Source: Vulcanimicrobiota bacterium
Lineage (GTDB): Bacteria > Vulcanimicrobiota > Vulcanimicrobiia > Vulcanimicrobiales > Vulcanimicrobiaceae
NCBI GenBank assembly: GCA_963831815.1
Contig: CAWHRL010000001.1
Location: forward strand, 135,827-199,826
Direction of reading: 5' to 3'
Length of the DNA stretch: 64,000 nt
The position numbers and the translations under genes are program-made. The notes beneath the pieces were generated by a model. The model searched no databases. It saw only the letters and a program-made list of their open reading frames with translations, and had not been told where the DNA came from. Shown piece by piece: positions 27,969 through 38,932 of the stretch. Position 1 is the first letter of the stretch; each line of letters begins with the position of its first letter.

Positions 27969-29261
27969 GTGCCGGTCATCGTGATCGTCGGCGGCGGTTT
28001 CGCAGGGACTTCGGTCGCCCTGCGGCTCGAACGGCGCCTGCGGCCCCAGGAAGCGGAGATCGTTCTGCTGAGCCGCGAGAACTACACCCTATTTACTCCG
28101 ATGCTGCCGGAAGTGACCTCGGGCGAGCTGGAAGTGCGCCACGTCGTCACGCCGATTCGCGCCCAGTTGCACCGCAGCAAGTTCGTGCTGGCCGACGTCG
28201 ACGAGCTCGACGTCGTCAATCGCACCCTAAAGTATCATCACGTGCTCACGCACAAGAACGTCGTGCAGTCCTACGACCATGTCGTACTCGCACTTGGCTC
28301 GTCAACCTCCGACTTCGGGCTCCCCGGCATCGCCGAGCATACGTGGTCGTTGAAAACCCTGGAGGATGCCGATGCGCTGCGCAACCACTTGGTCTGGCTG
28401 CTCGAACTTGCCGATACGATCGATGACGACGCTCGGCGAGACCGGTTGCTACGGCTCGTCGTCGTCGGCGGAGGCTTCACTGGAGTCGAAACGGCCGGCG
28501 AAGTCGTCGAGCTCTTTCGCAGCGTGATGCGATTCTACAAGAACTTGCAGATGGATCGCGTGCGGGTCGTCCTTGTCGAAGCCGGGCCGACGCTTCTCGC
28601 CGGTCTTCCGGCAAAGATGGGTGAGTACTCGCGCCGCGTACTGGAGCGGCGCAGCGTTGAGGTGCTTACCGGAGACGGCGTCACCGGCGCCGACGAACAC
28701 GGTTTGACGCTGCAGAGCGGCCGGCGCATCGAAAGCGAAACGATCGTCTGGAGTGCCGGCGTCAAACCAGCGCTGACGATTGCGAAAGAGCCTGCGCTGC
28801 CCAAGACGAAGCGGGGTGCGATTGAGACGGCGCGCGATATGAGCGTGCCGGGATTCAACGGGGTGTGGGCTTTAGGCGATTGCGCTTCGATTCCCGACGG
28901 CGAGGGCGGCCGCTATCCGATGACGGCTCAGCACGCGATTCGGGAAGGGCCGCGTCTTGCCGACAACATCGTCGCGATCTTGCGCGGCGCGCCGACCAAG
29001 CCGTTCGTCTACCGAACGCTCGGAATGATGGCAGCATTAGGAGGGCGCAAAGCCGTCGCACAGCTTCCCGGTAATCGCGTCATCACGGGATTCGTTGCGT
29101 GGTTCTTCTGGCGCACCTACTATTTGTTCCGGCTGCCGGGACTGGATCGGAAGCTGCGCGTCGCGTTTGATTGGACGCTCGATTTGGTCTTTCCGCGCGA
29201 CACCGCCGAGTTGCGCTTTGGGGAACGAGAAGAGGACGTTCGATCGGGGACCGGGAGCTAG
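27969..29261 (+). CDS. ndh: Type II NADH dehydrogenase (NDH-2), FAD/NAD(P)-binding oxidoreductase
   Basis: It has two Rossmann GxGxxG motifs (VIVGGGFAGTSVA and VVVGGGFTGVETAGE) and GVWALGDCA. The start was trimmed to the in-frame GTG at 27969 so it does not overlap the divergent M50 gene. The start is uncertain. Confidence 0.85.
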   Translation: MPVIVIVGGGFAGTSVALRLERRLRPQEAEIVLLSRENYTLFTPMLPEVTSGELEVRHVVTPIRAQLHRSKFVLADVDELDVVNRTLKYHHVLTHKNVVQSYDHVVLALGSSTSDFGLPGIAEHTWSLKTLEDADALRNHLVWLLELADTIDDDARRDRLLRLVVVGGGFTGVETAGEVVELFRSVMRFYKNLQMDRVRVVLVEAGPTLLAGLPAKMGEYSRRVLERRSVEVLTGDGVTGADEHGLTLQSGRRIESETIVWSAGVKPALTIAKEPALPKTKRGAIETARDMSVPGFNGVWALGDCASIPDGEGGRYPMTAQHAIREGPRLADNIVAILRGAPTKPFVYRTLGMMAALGGRKAVAQLPGNRVITGFVAWFFWRTYYLFRLPGLDRKLRVAFDWTLDLVFPRDTAELRFGEREEDVRSGTGS

Positions 29262-29313
29262 GCTGGGAGCACGACCCCAAGAGAAAGCGCCCGGCGCGCA
29301 GAATACTCGCTAG

Positions 29314-30705
29314 ATGCTTCGCGAACCGATCGAACGCCTGATCCGAGATCCCAAAGAGCTCACGCGTGAGGTGAGTTTTCCGGATCCGGCGCAAATCCGC
29401 ATCTACGACGAGACGCTGCGCGACGGCGAACAGATGCCGGGCGTCTGCTACACGCCGGCGCAGAAACTGGAGATCGCCAAAGTCTTAGCCGGGGTTGGCG
29501 TTCACGTGATGAGCGTCGGCTTCCCGGCCGCGTCGGAGGGCGACCGCCGCACGCTGCAGCTGGTCATGGGGGCGAAACGCCGCGGCGAGCTCGGCGATGT
29601 CGAGATCGTCGTGATGTGCCGCAGCAATCGCGGCGACATCGACGTGACGGTCAAGACGTTGCGCGATGCCGGGGTCGATCCCAGCGAGGTGACGTTCTTC
29701 ATCTTTACCAGCGGAAGCGATCTCCACCTAAAATACAAGATCGGCAAAACGCTGCTGCGCTATGAGGGACGGGAGGAGCGAGAATGGCTCGAGCTGCCGC
29801 TCTCATTCTATCGCGACGCCAACATCCGCTTGCAGTGCGATGCGATTGCGCACGCCCGCGGATGCGGAATCGATCGAATCGAATTCGGCGCGGAGGACGG
29901 GAGCCGCGGCGACGTCGACTACTTCGTCGAATATTTCAAAGCAGGTCTAGAAGCGGGCGGGACTCGCCCCGCGTGGCCGGACACGGTCGGCACGCTGACG
30001 CCCGAAGCGACTCGCTGGTACTGCTCGCGTATCGTCAAAGCGCTGCCCGAGGGGTTGCCGATCGTCGCGCACCTGCACAACGATTACGGACTCGGCACGA
30101 TCAACGCGATAACGGCGACGTCGTGCGGCTTCAAAGTCATCTCGGTGACGGCGAACGGATACGGCGAGCGTGCCGGTAACGTAAAGCTCCACGAGTTCGT
30201 CGTCGCGCTGCGCGTGCTCTATGGCATCGAGCTGCCGGGCTTCAAGTACGGCAAGTTGCGCGAGCTGGCGCGCTTCATGGAACGTATCAGCGGCATTCCG
30301 CTGCAACAGCACGAGCCGATCGTTGGTGCGAAAGTCTTCGCGCACGAATCGGGGATTCACACCCAGGCGATGTTGATCGACCACCGCATGTACGAAGCGG
30401 TCCCCGCAGAGCTGGTCGGCGGAGTGACCAGCTGGGTCTTCGGCAAACATACGGGAGCCGCGCTGGTTGAAGATACGCTTCGACGGCAGCGCGAGCGCTT
30501 GGCGCGCGCCGGAGTCGAGCCGACGACGGAGCTGGCACATCGCGTGACCGACGAAGTGAAACGCCTGCGCGAAGAGCGCGCTGCGTCGAGCACGAGCGAA
30601 GAGGCGATCGAGCTTTACGAAGTTGCAATGCGACGGCTCTCACTCAACGAAGACGACGTCGTCGAAATCGCCATCGCGTTGGGCACCCCGGCCAAAGCCT
30701 CATAA
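29314..30705 (+). CDS. HMGL-like aldolase of the 2-isopropylmalate / homocitrate / citramalate synthase family
   Basis: IRIYDETLRDGEQMPGV, HLHNDYGLGTINAITA and ANGYGERAGN are family signatures. The exact substrate is not resolvable by eye. Confidence 0.85.
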   Translation: MLREPIERLIRDPKELTREVSFPDPAQIRIYDETLRDGEQMPGVCYTPAQKLEIAKVLAGVGVHVMSVGFPAASEGDRRTLQLVMGAKRRGELGDVEIVVMCRSNRGDIDVTVKTLRDAGVDPSEVTFFIFTSGSDLHLKYKIGKTLLRYEGREEREWLELPLSFYRDANIRLQCDAIAHARGCGIDRIEFGAEDGSRGDVDYFVEYFKAGLEAGGTRPAWPDTVGTLTPEATRWYCSRIVKALPEGLPIVAHLHNDYGLGTINAITATSCGFKVISVTANGYGERAGNVKLHEFVVALRVLYGIELPGFKYGKLRELARFMERISGIPLQQHEPIVGAKVFAHESGIHTQAMLIDHRMYEAVPAELVGGVTSWVFGKHTGAALVEDTLRRQRERLARAGVEPTTELAHRVTDEVKRLREERAASSTSEEAIELYEVAMRRLSLNEDDVVEIAIALGTPAKAS

Positions 30706-30740
30706 CGCGCGGGCCGACGCCGCTTGACAAAATGCCTTGC

Positions 30741-30763
30741 GTCACCCTGAGCGTAGTCGAAGG
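30741..30763. repeat. Dispersed core motif copy a (GTCACCCTGAGCGTAGTCGAAGG)
   Basis: It matches the five other copies at 32104, 45880, 60708, 61102 and 61195 directly, in either orientation. Confidence 0.85.
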
Positions 30764-30896
30764 CCGCTCGTCGCTTCGCCCTCCAGGCTCCGCTCCTGCT
30801 GCTCCGCCTCCTCGCTCTCGCCATCCATGGCTTCGCTCGTCGGTCGGAGCCTCTTCGGCATTACGTCAAGGGGCGACGGCCCCGCACGTCGCGGGG

Positions 30897-31255
30897 TTAC
30901 TCTATGAGTTCGATGCGGTTGCCCAAGGGATCGGCGACGTAGCAATGGCGACGTCCGTCTTCAAAAGGCTCGCCGTCTAGAATGGTTATGTCGTGCGAAC
31001 GAAGGCGCGCGACAAGACCAGCGAAATCGCTGCAGACCAATGCCGGATGGGCCTTGAGTGCCGGAAGACAAGTCGAAATCGACACCGACATGAACGAAGA
31101 CCGTGTCGCTTCGGGAACCAGACGCCGCCGCGTCCGACGAGCTCAGGTGGCTTTCTCAGCTTCCGACATGTCCGAGAAGATCGCGGTAGAACGCGAACGT
31201 GCTTCGTTCTCCATGCCGCTGGCATCGCAAGTCTGGACATGAGCGATGCTCTTGA
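30897..31255 (-). pseudogene. VOC/glyoxalase-family gene broken by several frameshifts
   Basis: Family-typical segments are spread over different frames in the correct order: SIAHVQ / LAMPAA / AFYRDLLG / KPPELVGRGGVWF / PALKAHPALVCSDFAGLVARL...YVADPLGNRIELIE. Only the last 64 aa (30897..31091) form an ORF. Confidence 0.65.
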
Positions 31256-31269
31256 AAGGGGTGTCGCTC

Positions 31270-32104
31270 AAGCCAAGGCTGCCGAGACGCCAGGTGGCGA
31301 CGAAGGCTTTGAAGACGAACCGGAAAGCTATCGTGCGTAAAGCGTACGCTGCGCGCGCCGGTTCGCTCGAAGCCGGGAATCGTTGCGACTAGGTGCGCTT
31401 GGGCGGCGGTGACGAGCTGCACGTCAAGCGTTAGCGGCGGCTCGAAGCGATAGGGCTTGGCCTGCGGTGGCGTGCTCTCACCGCCTCTTCGGGCGGCGCT
31501 GCCGAATCGCGCGCTGCGCGGATGCCGGCGTCATCGAGTTGGCGGCGAAATTACCGATCGATTCCTTGACCGACCACGCCGCACACCCAGGGCATCTGCG
31601 CTTGCACGCCTTCGACGGTCGTTCGGTCGCCGCTGACGAGCAAGAGCGGGACGCCGTAGTATCCCAGCAGAGCCCGCGTTGATGGTCGCCTCGCTGCAGC
31701 GGATCGCCGTTAATGCGGACCTCGTAGATGACCGACGGCGTGTACGTATGGCACAAAACGGCGTCGGCGTCGCCGGCGGCGCCATGGTATCCGACGAAGA
31801 ATGCGCCGTCGAATCCGCCGTCGGCATCTTGCACCATCGAGAACGGTTTGCGGTTGCCGAAGATGACGCGCACGTCCGCCGGCAGCTCGTCGAGCAAGAA
31901 GATTGCGCATCGGTCCGTGCGAGTCGTTGACGAGCACCTCAGTGGCACCGCCGGCGCGCGCGCCTTCGATCGCGCCGACGACCTCTTGGGTGTAGTACCG
32001 GCGGAAGATCGCATAGTCCGGATGTGGTGTGCGAGCGTCGACTTGTTGCCAAGCGCAGACGCCTGCCACGCCCTCCATGTCGCTCGAAATGTATAGCTTC
32101 ATCC
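31270..32104 (-). pseudogene. Degraded tandem duplicate of the M55 D-aminopeptidase (DppA-family) gene
   Basis: It starts MKLYISSDMEGVAGVCAWQQ...VNDSHGPMRNLL (frame 1). It then continues as LLDELPADVRVIFGNRKPFSMVQ...FFVGYHGAAGD...VRINGDP (frame 2), CSEATINAGSAG (frame 3), VKESIGNFAANSMTPASAQRAI and IPGFERTGARSVRF. Each segment is collinear with the intact copy at 32151..32984. Confidence 0.78.
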
Positions 32105-32126
32105 TTCGACTACGCTCAGGATGACA
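32104..32126. repeat. Dispersed core motif copy b (reverse orientation; CCTTCGACTACGCTCAGGATGAC)
   Basis: Its reverse complement, GTCATCCTGAGCGTAGTCGAAGG, differs from copy a at one position. It lies between the intact and degraded M55 genes. Confidence 0.85.
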
Positions 32127-32150
32127 CGACTCCGCCCATGGTGACACAAC

Positions 32151-32984
32151 TCACGCGATTGGGTCGGCGGCGGCGGCGATGCGCGTTGCGGCGATGAAGG
32201 CTCGAAGCAGCGGCGGGTACTGGTCGCACGCAAAGCGGACCGTGCGGCCGCCGATTCGATCGAAGCCCGGCATTAGTTCGATGAAATCGGCGTGTTCGAC
32301 GCCGGCGGTTTCGATGGTTAGCTCGAACGGAGGATCGAAAACGAATGGTTTTGCCGTGGCGATGCGTCCCATGGCCTCGCGCGCGCCGGCATGGATCGCC
32401 TCGCGCGCCGCTTGCGGCGTCAGTGAATTTACCGCCGAGAACCCGATCGCGTCTTTCACGGCAACGCCGACGGCCCACGGCATCGCACGCGCAGCCTCCT
32501 TGACGATGACGCTATCGCCGGTGACGAGCACGACCGGGACGCCGTGACTTCCGGCCAACGCAGCGTTGAGCAGTGCCTCGCTGCATGGAACGCCGTTGAC
32601 CGCGACGGAGTAGATCGATCCGCTGAACGTGTGCGAGAGCGTCGCGCAGTCGCCCGCCTTGGCGTGGTACCCGGTGAAGAATACCGCATCGGCCGGTGCG
32701 TCGAAGCCTTGCATCATGCTCCACGGCTTGGGAGCGCCCGAGATCACCCGAAGGTCGTCGTCACCGGGTAGTTCGTCGAGCAGCAAATTACGCATCGACC
32801 AGTGCGAGTCGTTGACGACCATTTCGCGCGCGCCGCCCTCTCGCGCGCCCTCGATGGCAGCCCGAACCTCGCCGGTCATATGGCGCCGGAAGATCGGATA
32901 TTCGTGGTCGTCGCTCGGATCGCACTGCTTCCACGAGCAGACGCCGGCAGTTCCTTCCATGTCGCACGAAATGTAGATATTCAC
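32151..32984 (-). CDS. D-aminopeptidase, peptidase family M55 (DppA-like), intact copy
   Basis: MNIYISCDMEGTAGVCSW...VNDSHWSMRNLL...FFTGYHAKAGD...VVLVTGD. The ORF is 277 aa, full length. Confidence 0.88.
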   Translation of the reverse strand: MNIYISCDMEGTAGVCSWKQCDPSDDHEYPIFRRHMTGEVRAAIEGAREGGAREMVVNDSHWSMRNLLLDELPGDDDLRVISGAPKPWSMMQGFDAPADAVFFTGYHAKAGDCATLSHTFSGSIYSVAVNGVPCSEALLNAALAGSHGVPVVLVTGDSVIVKEAARAMPWAVGVAVKDAIGFSAVNSLTPQAAREAIHAGAREAMGRIATAKPFVFDPPFELTIETAGVEHADFIELMPGFDRIGGRTVRFACDQYPPLLRAFIAATRIAAAADPIA

Positions 32985-32989
32985 GCGGG

Positions 32990-33376
32990 TTACTCTCGCA
33001 GAGCGTCCCGCGCTTGCGCGAGACCGGTCTGGGCCGCAACGTTGTGCGGATTGGCGCGCAGCGCGCGGCGGTAGAGCGGAATCGCATCCGCGAACTTATT
33101 TGCCGCCAGATACATGTCGGCGAGCTGCGTGAGCGCGACGTCGTCGTTGGGATGCGCTGCGATCCGCGCGCGCAGCGTCTGGAGCTGTGCGACGACCGGC
33201 GCCGGGGGGCCGCCTTCGACTGCGTTTTGCGATCCTTGGGACTCGAGCTTCGCGCCCGTCGCCTGCTGCGCCGTCTTTCCGAAGACCGAGCCGGTGACGC
33301 CGAATCCAACCGATACGAGATATGCCATGACGCAGAGAAAGACCGCCGCGACGATCGCAACGATCGGGACGTACAT
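32990..33376 (-). CDS. Membrane-anchored TPR-repeat protein
   Basis: It has one TM helix (MYVPIVAIVAAVFLCVMAYLV), then a TPR-like C-terminus (LADMYLAANKFADAIPLYRRALRANPHNVAAQTGLAQA). The start was trimmed to the ATG at 33376 so it does not overlap the divergent sprT-like gene. Confidence 0.6.
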   Translation of the reverse strand: MYVPIVAIVAAVFLCVMAYLVSVGFGVTGSVFGKTAQQATGAKLESQGSQNAVEGGPPAPVVAQLQTLRARIAAHPNDDVALTQLADMYLAANKFADAIPLYRRALRANPHNVAAQTGLAQARDALRE

Positions 33377-33413
33377 CCGCGGCGGCAGACCACTCGAACC
33401 GTTCTCCGGCACG

Positions 33414-34012
33414 ATGGTTTCGTTGGACGAAGGTGGAAGCAAATCTTGCGTGATCCCGAGCGCATTGCCGACCGAAGCGGACCTGCAGTTGCTCTTTGCG
33501 CGGCTGAACTACGAATTCTTCAACGGCGAGGCGCCGGATTGCAGGATCCGCTATAACGAGCGCTTCTCGAACGCGGCCGGGCGCACTACGTACGGCAAGC
33601 AACCCCTTACGATCGAGCTTTCGCCCAAGCACTTCCGGAAATATCCCGAAGCGCTGACCGAAACGCTCCTGCACGAGATGATTCACGCTTGGTGCTACGC
33701 GAAGTTTCGAGATACCGGACACGGTTCGCGGTTTAAACGTAAGCTGCGCGAGTGCGGCCTCAGCTCGATCTACCACGAACTCGGCAACGTCGCTCCGCTC
33801 AACGAGTCGAACAAAAGGTTCATCCTGCGATGCGAGCGCTGCACCTTCGAAGTGCTTCGGCGGGGACGCCCGCGGCGGCCCTCGAGCTGCCCGCGCTGCA
33901 ACAAACGTCGCTTTGACGAACGCTATCCGCTCGCGGTCTACGAGATCGTCGAGATACGCGCCACCGGAACGACTTTTGACGGAATCCAGGCCGCCCGGAA
34001 AGGTCGCGACCG

Positions 34013-34016
<4 letters not shown>
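33414..34016 (+). CDS. SprT-like zinc metalloprotease domain protein with a C-terminal Cys4 zinc ribbon
   Basis: [12 protein letters not shown]...LLHEMIHAW (HExxH) and CERC...CPRC. The upstream 100 codons of the track ORF are antisense to the TPR gene and were removed. Confidence 0.75.
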
Positions 34017-35425
<1,409 letters not shown>

Positions 35426-35441
35426 CTTTCCAAACGCACTC

Positions 35442-36212
35442 CTATAGTTGGCGCCAGACGAGCGTAACCGCGGCGGTTACCAGCGCAACCGCGACAACGA
35501 TCAATAGTTGAGGCGATCGCAAACGCAACGAAAGACGCGCCCCGATTGGGCCGCCAAGCAATCCGCCGGCGACGAGCGGCAGAACGTCGCGGCCGACGAT
35601 GTCGCGCTGCAAGACGTGAACGACGAGGCCGACCGGCGACGTTAGCAAGATCGCGAACTGCGAGGTGGCGCTGATCGCATGTACGGGCAGCTCGGAAAAG
35701 TAAAGGAAGGTCGGCACCAAGATGATGCCGCCGCCCAGCCCGAAGAGGCTCGAAAAAATACCGACGATGAAACCCAGGCCCAACGCGGCGCGATAAGACA
35801 TCCCCTTGATTTCCGTTACGCGCTCCTGCTCCACGCGGCCGGCCATCCGTCGCTCCGCATTCCACGCCATGTCGACCGCCACCGCGACGAGCAGAACCGC
35901 GAGAATCGTATCGAAAAGCCGCGCCGAGATATGAAACGAAGCGATCGCGCCGAGCACGCCACCGGGGAGGCCGCCGGCCGCGATGAGCCACCCGATCTTC
36001 AGGTGAACGCGACGTTGCAGCAGGTAGGTGAAGGCGCCGCTCGCGCTGTTGGCGACGATCAGAACGAGCGACGTGCCGGCCGCGTAGGCGGGCGAAAATC
36101 CTAAGAAGATGCGCAGAATGGGAACCAGGATGAAGCCGCCGCCCAGCCCGACCATCGAGCCGAAGACGCTTGCGACGAATGCGGCGCCGAAGAGCTCGAG
36201 CGCTAAGCGCAC
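35442..36212 (-). CDS. Sulfite exporter TauE/SafE family membrane protein
   Basis: It shows the two-fold repeat of 4-TM units with GxGGG motifs (MVGLGGGFILVP, LFGLGGGIILVP). Confidence 0.85.
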   Translation of the reverse strand: MRLALELFGAAFVASVFGSMVGLGGGFILVPILRIFLGFSPAYAAGTSLVLIVANSASGAFTYLLQRRVHLKIGWLIAAGGLPGGVLGAIASFHISARLFDTILAVLLVAVAVDMAWNAERRMAGRVEQERVTEIKGMSYRAALGLGFIVGIFSSLFGLGGGIILVPTFLYFSELPVHAISATSQFAILLTSPVGLVVHVLQRDIVGRDVLPLVAGGLLGGPIGARLSLRLRSPQLLIVVAVALVTAAVTLVWRQL

Positions 36213-36237
36213 GTCGCGCTAAGGATTTACCAGCACA

Positions 36238-36798
36238 TTAGCCCGCGCGCCCGAGGTAACGGCGGTCGCGGGTATCGATGCGAATAACATCTCCGCTCTC
36301 GACAAAAAGCGGGACTGCAACCGTCGCGCCGGTTTCCAGCTTGGCCGGCTTCGTGGCATTGGTCGCCGTATCGCCTTTGAATCCCGGATCGGTTTCGACG
36401 ATCCGCAGCTCGACATGGGCCGGCAGGTCGATGCCGATCGCCGTGCTATCGTGGAACTGAACGTCTACAACCATGCCGTCCTTCAAGAAATCGGCAGGAT
36501 CGCCGATAAGATCGCGTTGCAGCGTGACGTTTTCGAAGCTCTCCTGATCCATGAAGTGGTAGCCGTCGGCATCGTTGTAAAGCATCTGCATCTGTCGATT
36601 GTCCACGATGGCGCGCTCGAGCTTCTCGCCGGCCCGGAAAGTCCGCTCCAGCGTCGTACCGGTCTTGACGTTCTTCATGCGCGTGCGGACGAACGCCGAT
36701 CCTTTTCCGGGTTTGACGTGAAGGAACTCGATGACGGTCCAGAGCTGGCCGTCGACGACGATGGTTACGCCGTTGCGAAGATCGTTTGACGAAATCAT
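36238..36798 (-). CDS. efp: Translation elongation factor P
   Basis: MISSNDLRNGVTIVVDGQLWTVIEFLHVKPGKGSAFVRTRMKNVKTG; 186 aa. Confidence 0.95.
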   Translation of the reverse strand: MISSNDLRNGVTIVVDGQLWTVIEFLHVKPGKGSAFVRTRMKNVKTGTTLERTFRAGEKLERAIVDNRQMQMLYNDADGYHFMDQESFENVTLQRDLIGDPADFLKDGMVVDVQFHDSTAIGIDLPAHVELRIVETDPGFKGDTATNATKPAKLETGATVAVPLFVESGDVIRIDTRDRRYLGRAG

Positions 36799-36858
36799 GC
36801 GTTCCCCACAGTACGGGCTACGACAAGCTAAGCCCTGGCAGGACGCGGCGGAGCCCGG

Positions 36859-37548
36859 TTACGCGCGCGGTCGCGAGAGGCGAATCGGGCCTTCGGTTCC
36901 GGCGCGAACGCGTCGAATGTTTTCGCGGTGCATTACCAGGATTAAGAGGGCAGAGAAAACTCCGTAGAGCGCTTCGGGCAGCGAACGGGTAAAGAACCAA
37001 ATTGCAAACGGTGCGAGCGCGCTGCCGAGCATCGAGCCGACCGAAGAATAACGGGTGAGCGCGGCTCCCGCGAGCCATCCGCCGGCCGCCACCAGCCCGG
37101 CGGGCCAGCTCATCGCAAAGATCGCTCCAAAAGAGGTCGCGACTCCCTTACCGCCCTTGAATCGAAGCCACGGTGAAAAACAATGGCCGAGCACCGCTCC
37201 CGTTGCGACGAGCGCGGCGATGATCTGTGCGGTCGGCGGCCAGCCTTCCATATCGAGGCGGTTCCGAAAGAAAACGAGCGCCGACAGCGTGGGTGCGAAA
37301 CCCTTGAGGGCATCGAGCAAAAGGACGGCGATCGCGCCGGTTTTGCCCAAGGTTCGTAGCGCGTTCATCGCGCCGATGTTCCCAGAACCTTGGTTGCGAA
37401 TGTCGGTGCCATAGAAGAGCCGTCCGATGAGATAACCGAACGGAATCGACCCGATGAAGAAGGCACCCGCGAAAGCCACGATCGGGATTGCGGTCAGGAA
37501 CAAAAGCAGAAAGATCGCCGTTGACCCCGGAAGCCCGACATCGCTCAC
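36859..37548 (-). CDS. plsY: Glycerol-3-phosphate acyltransferase PlsY
   Basis: GSIPFGYLIGRLF...DIRNQGSGNIGAMNALR and FKGGKGVATSFG. Confidence 0.9.
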   Translation of the reverse strand: MSDVGLPGSTAIFLLLFLTAIPIVAFAGAFFIGSIPFGYLIGRLFYGTDIRNQGSGNIGAMNALRTLGKTGAIAVLLLDALKGFAPTLSALVFFRNRLDMEGWPPTAQIIAALVATGAVLGHCFSPWLRFKGGKGVATSFGAIFAMSWPAGLVAAGGWLAGAALTRYSSVGSMLGSALAPFAIWFFTRSLPEALYGVFSALLILVMHRENIRRVRAGTEGPIRLSRPRA

Positions 37549-38909
37549 GAGCGTTCGTCGTCCCTCGTGCGGGGGCGAAACTGGAGCGTCAAGGGAACGC
37601 CTTGAAAGTCGAAGTGCTGCCGCAGTGTATTTTCCAAAAAGCGTTTGTAATGCGGTTGCACCAGATCGGGATCGTTGCAGTGAAAGACGAACAGCGGCGG
37701 ATGCGTCCCGGGCTGAGCGGCATAGTAAATCCGCAGAACCTTACCCGCGTGGCCCGGCGGCGGATGGGCGAGAACTGCCCGGCGCACGATGCTGTTGAGC
37801 TGCGCGGTCGGAATGCGCCGATCGAGGTTTTCGGCAACTTCGCTGACGACCGGCATCAGGCTTCCCAAGCGACGGCGCGTCTTTGCCGAGAGAAACGCGA
37901 TCGGCGCGAAGCCGGCAAACGGAATCAGTTCCCGCACGACCCCTGCCAACTCGTTCTGGCTGATCTCTCCAGCCTGCTCGCGGACGAGGTCCCACTTGTT
38001 ACCGACGATGATGAGCCCCTTGCGCTCTTCGATCGCGATGCCGGCCAGGCGACGATCTTGTGCCATGATGCCGCTCATTGCATCGAAGACGAGCAGTGCG
38101 ATGTCGCATCGGGAAATCGCCGCCAGCGATCGCAAGGCGGCGTAGTACTCGATTGCCCCGTGCGCTTCGGGTTTCTTGCGCATACCTGCGGTGTCGACCA
38201 GACGAAATGGTCGGCTCTTCCATGCGAACGCGGCGTCGATCGCGTCGCGCGTCGTGCCGGGGCTCTGCGACACGAGGGTGCGTTCTTCGCCGAGAAGCGC
38301 GTTGACAAGCGAGCTCTTTCCGACGTTGGGACGGCCGATCACGGCCAATGCGAGCTCACCATCGACTTGCGCGTTACTTACTTGTGGCGGCAAGAGTTCG
38401 ACGATGCGATCGAGCAGGTCGCCCGTACCTTCGCCGTGGATCGCCGAAATCGCGACCGGCTCGCCGAAACCGAGACCGCCGAACTCGGCCACGACGGAGG
38501 CCGCAGCATTCGGTGACTCGGCTTTGTTGGCCGCCAGCACAATCGGCCTGCGTTTTCGTCGCAGGATGCCCGCGACGTCGTCGTCGAGTGGATGAAGTCC
38601 GGTTTGGGCGTCGACGACCATGAGTATGACGTCGGATTCGTCGGCGGCAGCTTCGGCTTGCCGGCGCGTGGCGTCGGCAAGCTCCGCGCCGTGCGCCATA
38701 TCTGCGTCCGGATCGATGCCGGCCGTATCGACCAGGCTGAAGATCGAGCCGCGCCAATCGCAGAGAGCGTAGAGCCGATCGCGGGTAACCCCCGGGGTAT
38801 CTTCGACGATGGCGAGCCGGCGGCCGATCAGACGGTTGAAGAGCGCGCTCTTACCGACGTTCGGCCGTCCCACGATTGCGACCGTCGCCGGGTGGAGCAT
38901 TCCGGTCAT
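37545..38909 (-). CDS. der: Ribosome-associated GTPase Der (EngA), two GTPase domains plus a KH-like domain
   Basis: It has two G1 motifs (GRPNVGKSALFN and GRPNVGKSSLVN), two DTAG motifs and two NKxD motifs. Confidence 0.95.
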   Translation of the reverse strand: MTGMLHPATVAIVGRPNVGKSALFNRLIGRRLAIVEDTPGVTRDRLYALCDWRGSIFSLVDTAGIDPDADMAHGAELADATRRQAEAAADESDVILMVVDAQTGLHPLDDDVAGILRRKRRPIVLAANKAESPNAAASVVAEFGGLGFGEPVAISAIHGEGTGDLLDRIVELLPPQVSNAQVDGELALAVIGRPNVGKSSLVNALLGEERTLVSQSPGTTRDAIDAAFAWKSRPFRLVDTAGMRKKPEAHGAIEYYAALRSLAAISRCDIALLVFDAMSGIMAQDRRLAGIAIEERKGLIIVGNKWDLVREQAGEISQNELAGVVRELIPFAGFAPIAFLSAKTRRRLGSLMPVVSEVAENLDRRIPTAQLNSIVRRAVLAHPPPGHAGKVLRIYYAAQPGTHPPLFVFHCNDPDLVQPHYKRFLENTLRQHFDFQGVPLTLQFRPRTRDDERS

Positions 38910-38932
38910 TTCGCGAAAGGCGTTCTTCGAGC

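Noticed and set aside
33114-33413. The N-terminal 100 codons of the 300-aa track ORF that contains the SprT domain.
   Set aside because: This part is antisense to the TPR-protein gene and has no SprT similarity. The ATG at 33414 precedes the conserved domain.
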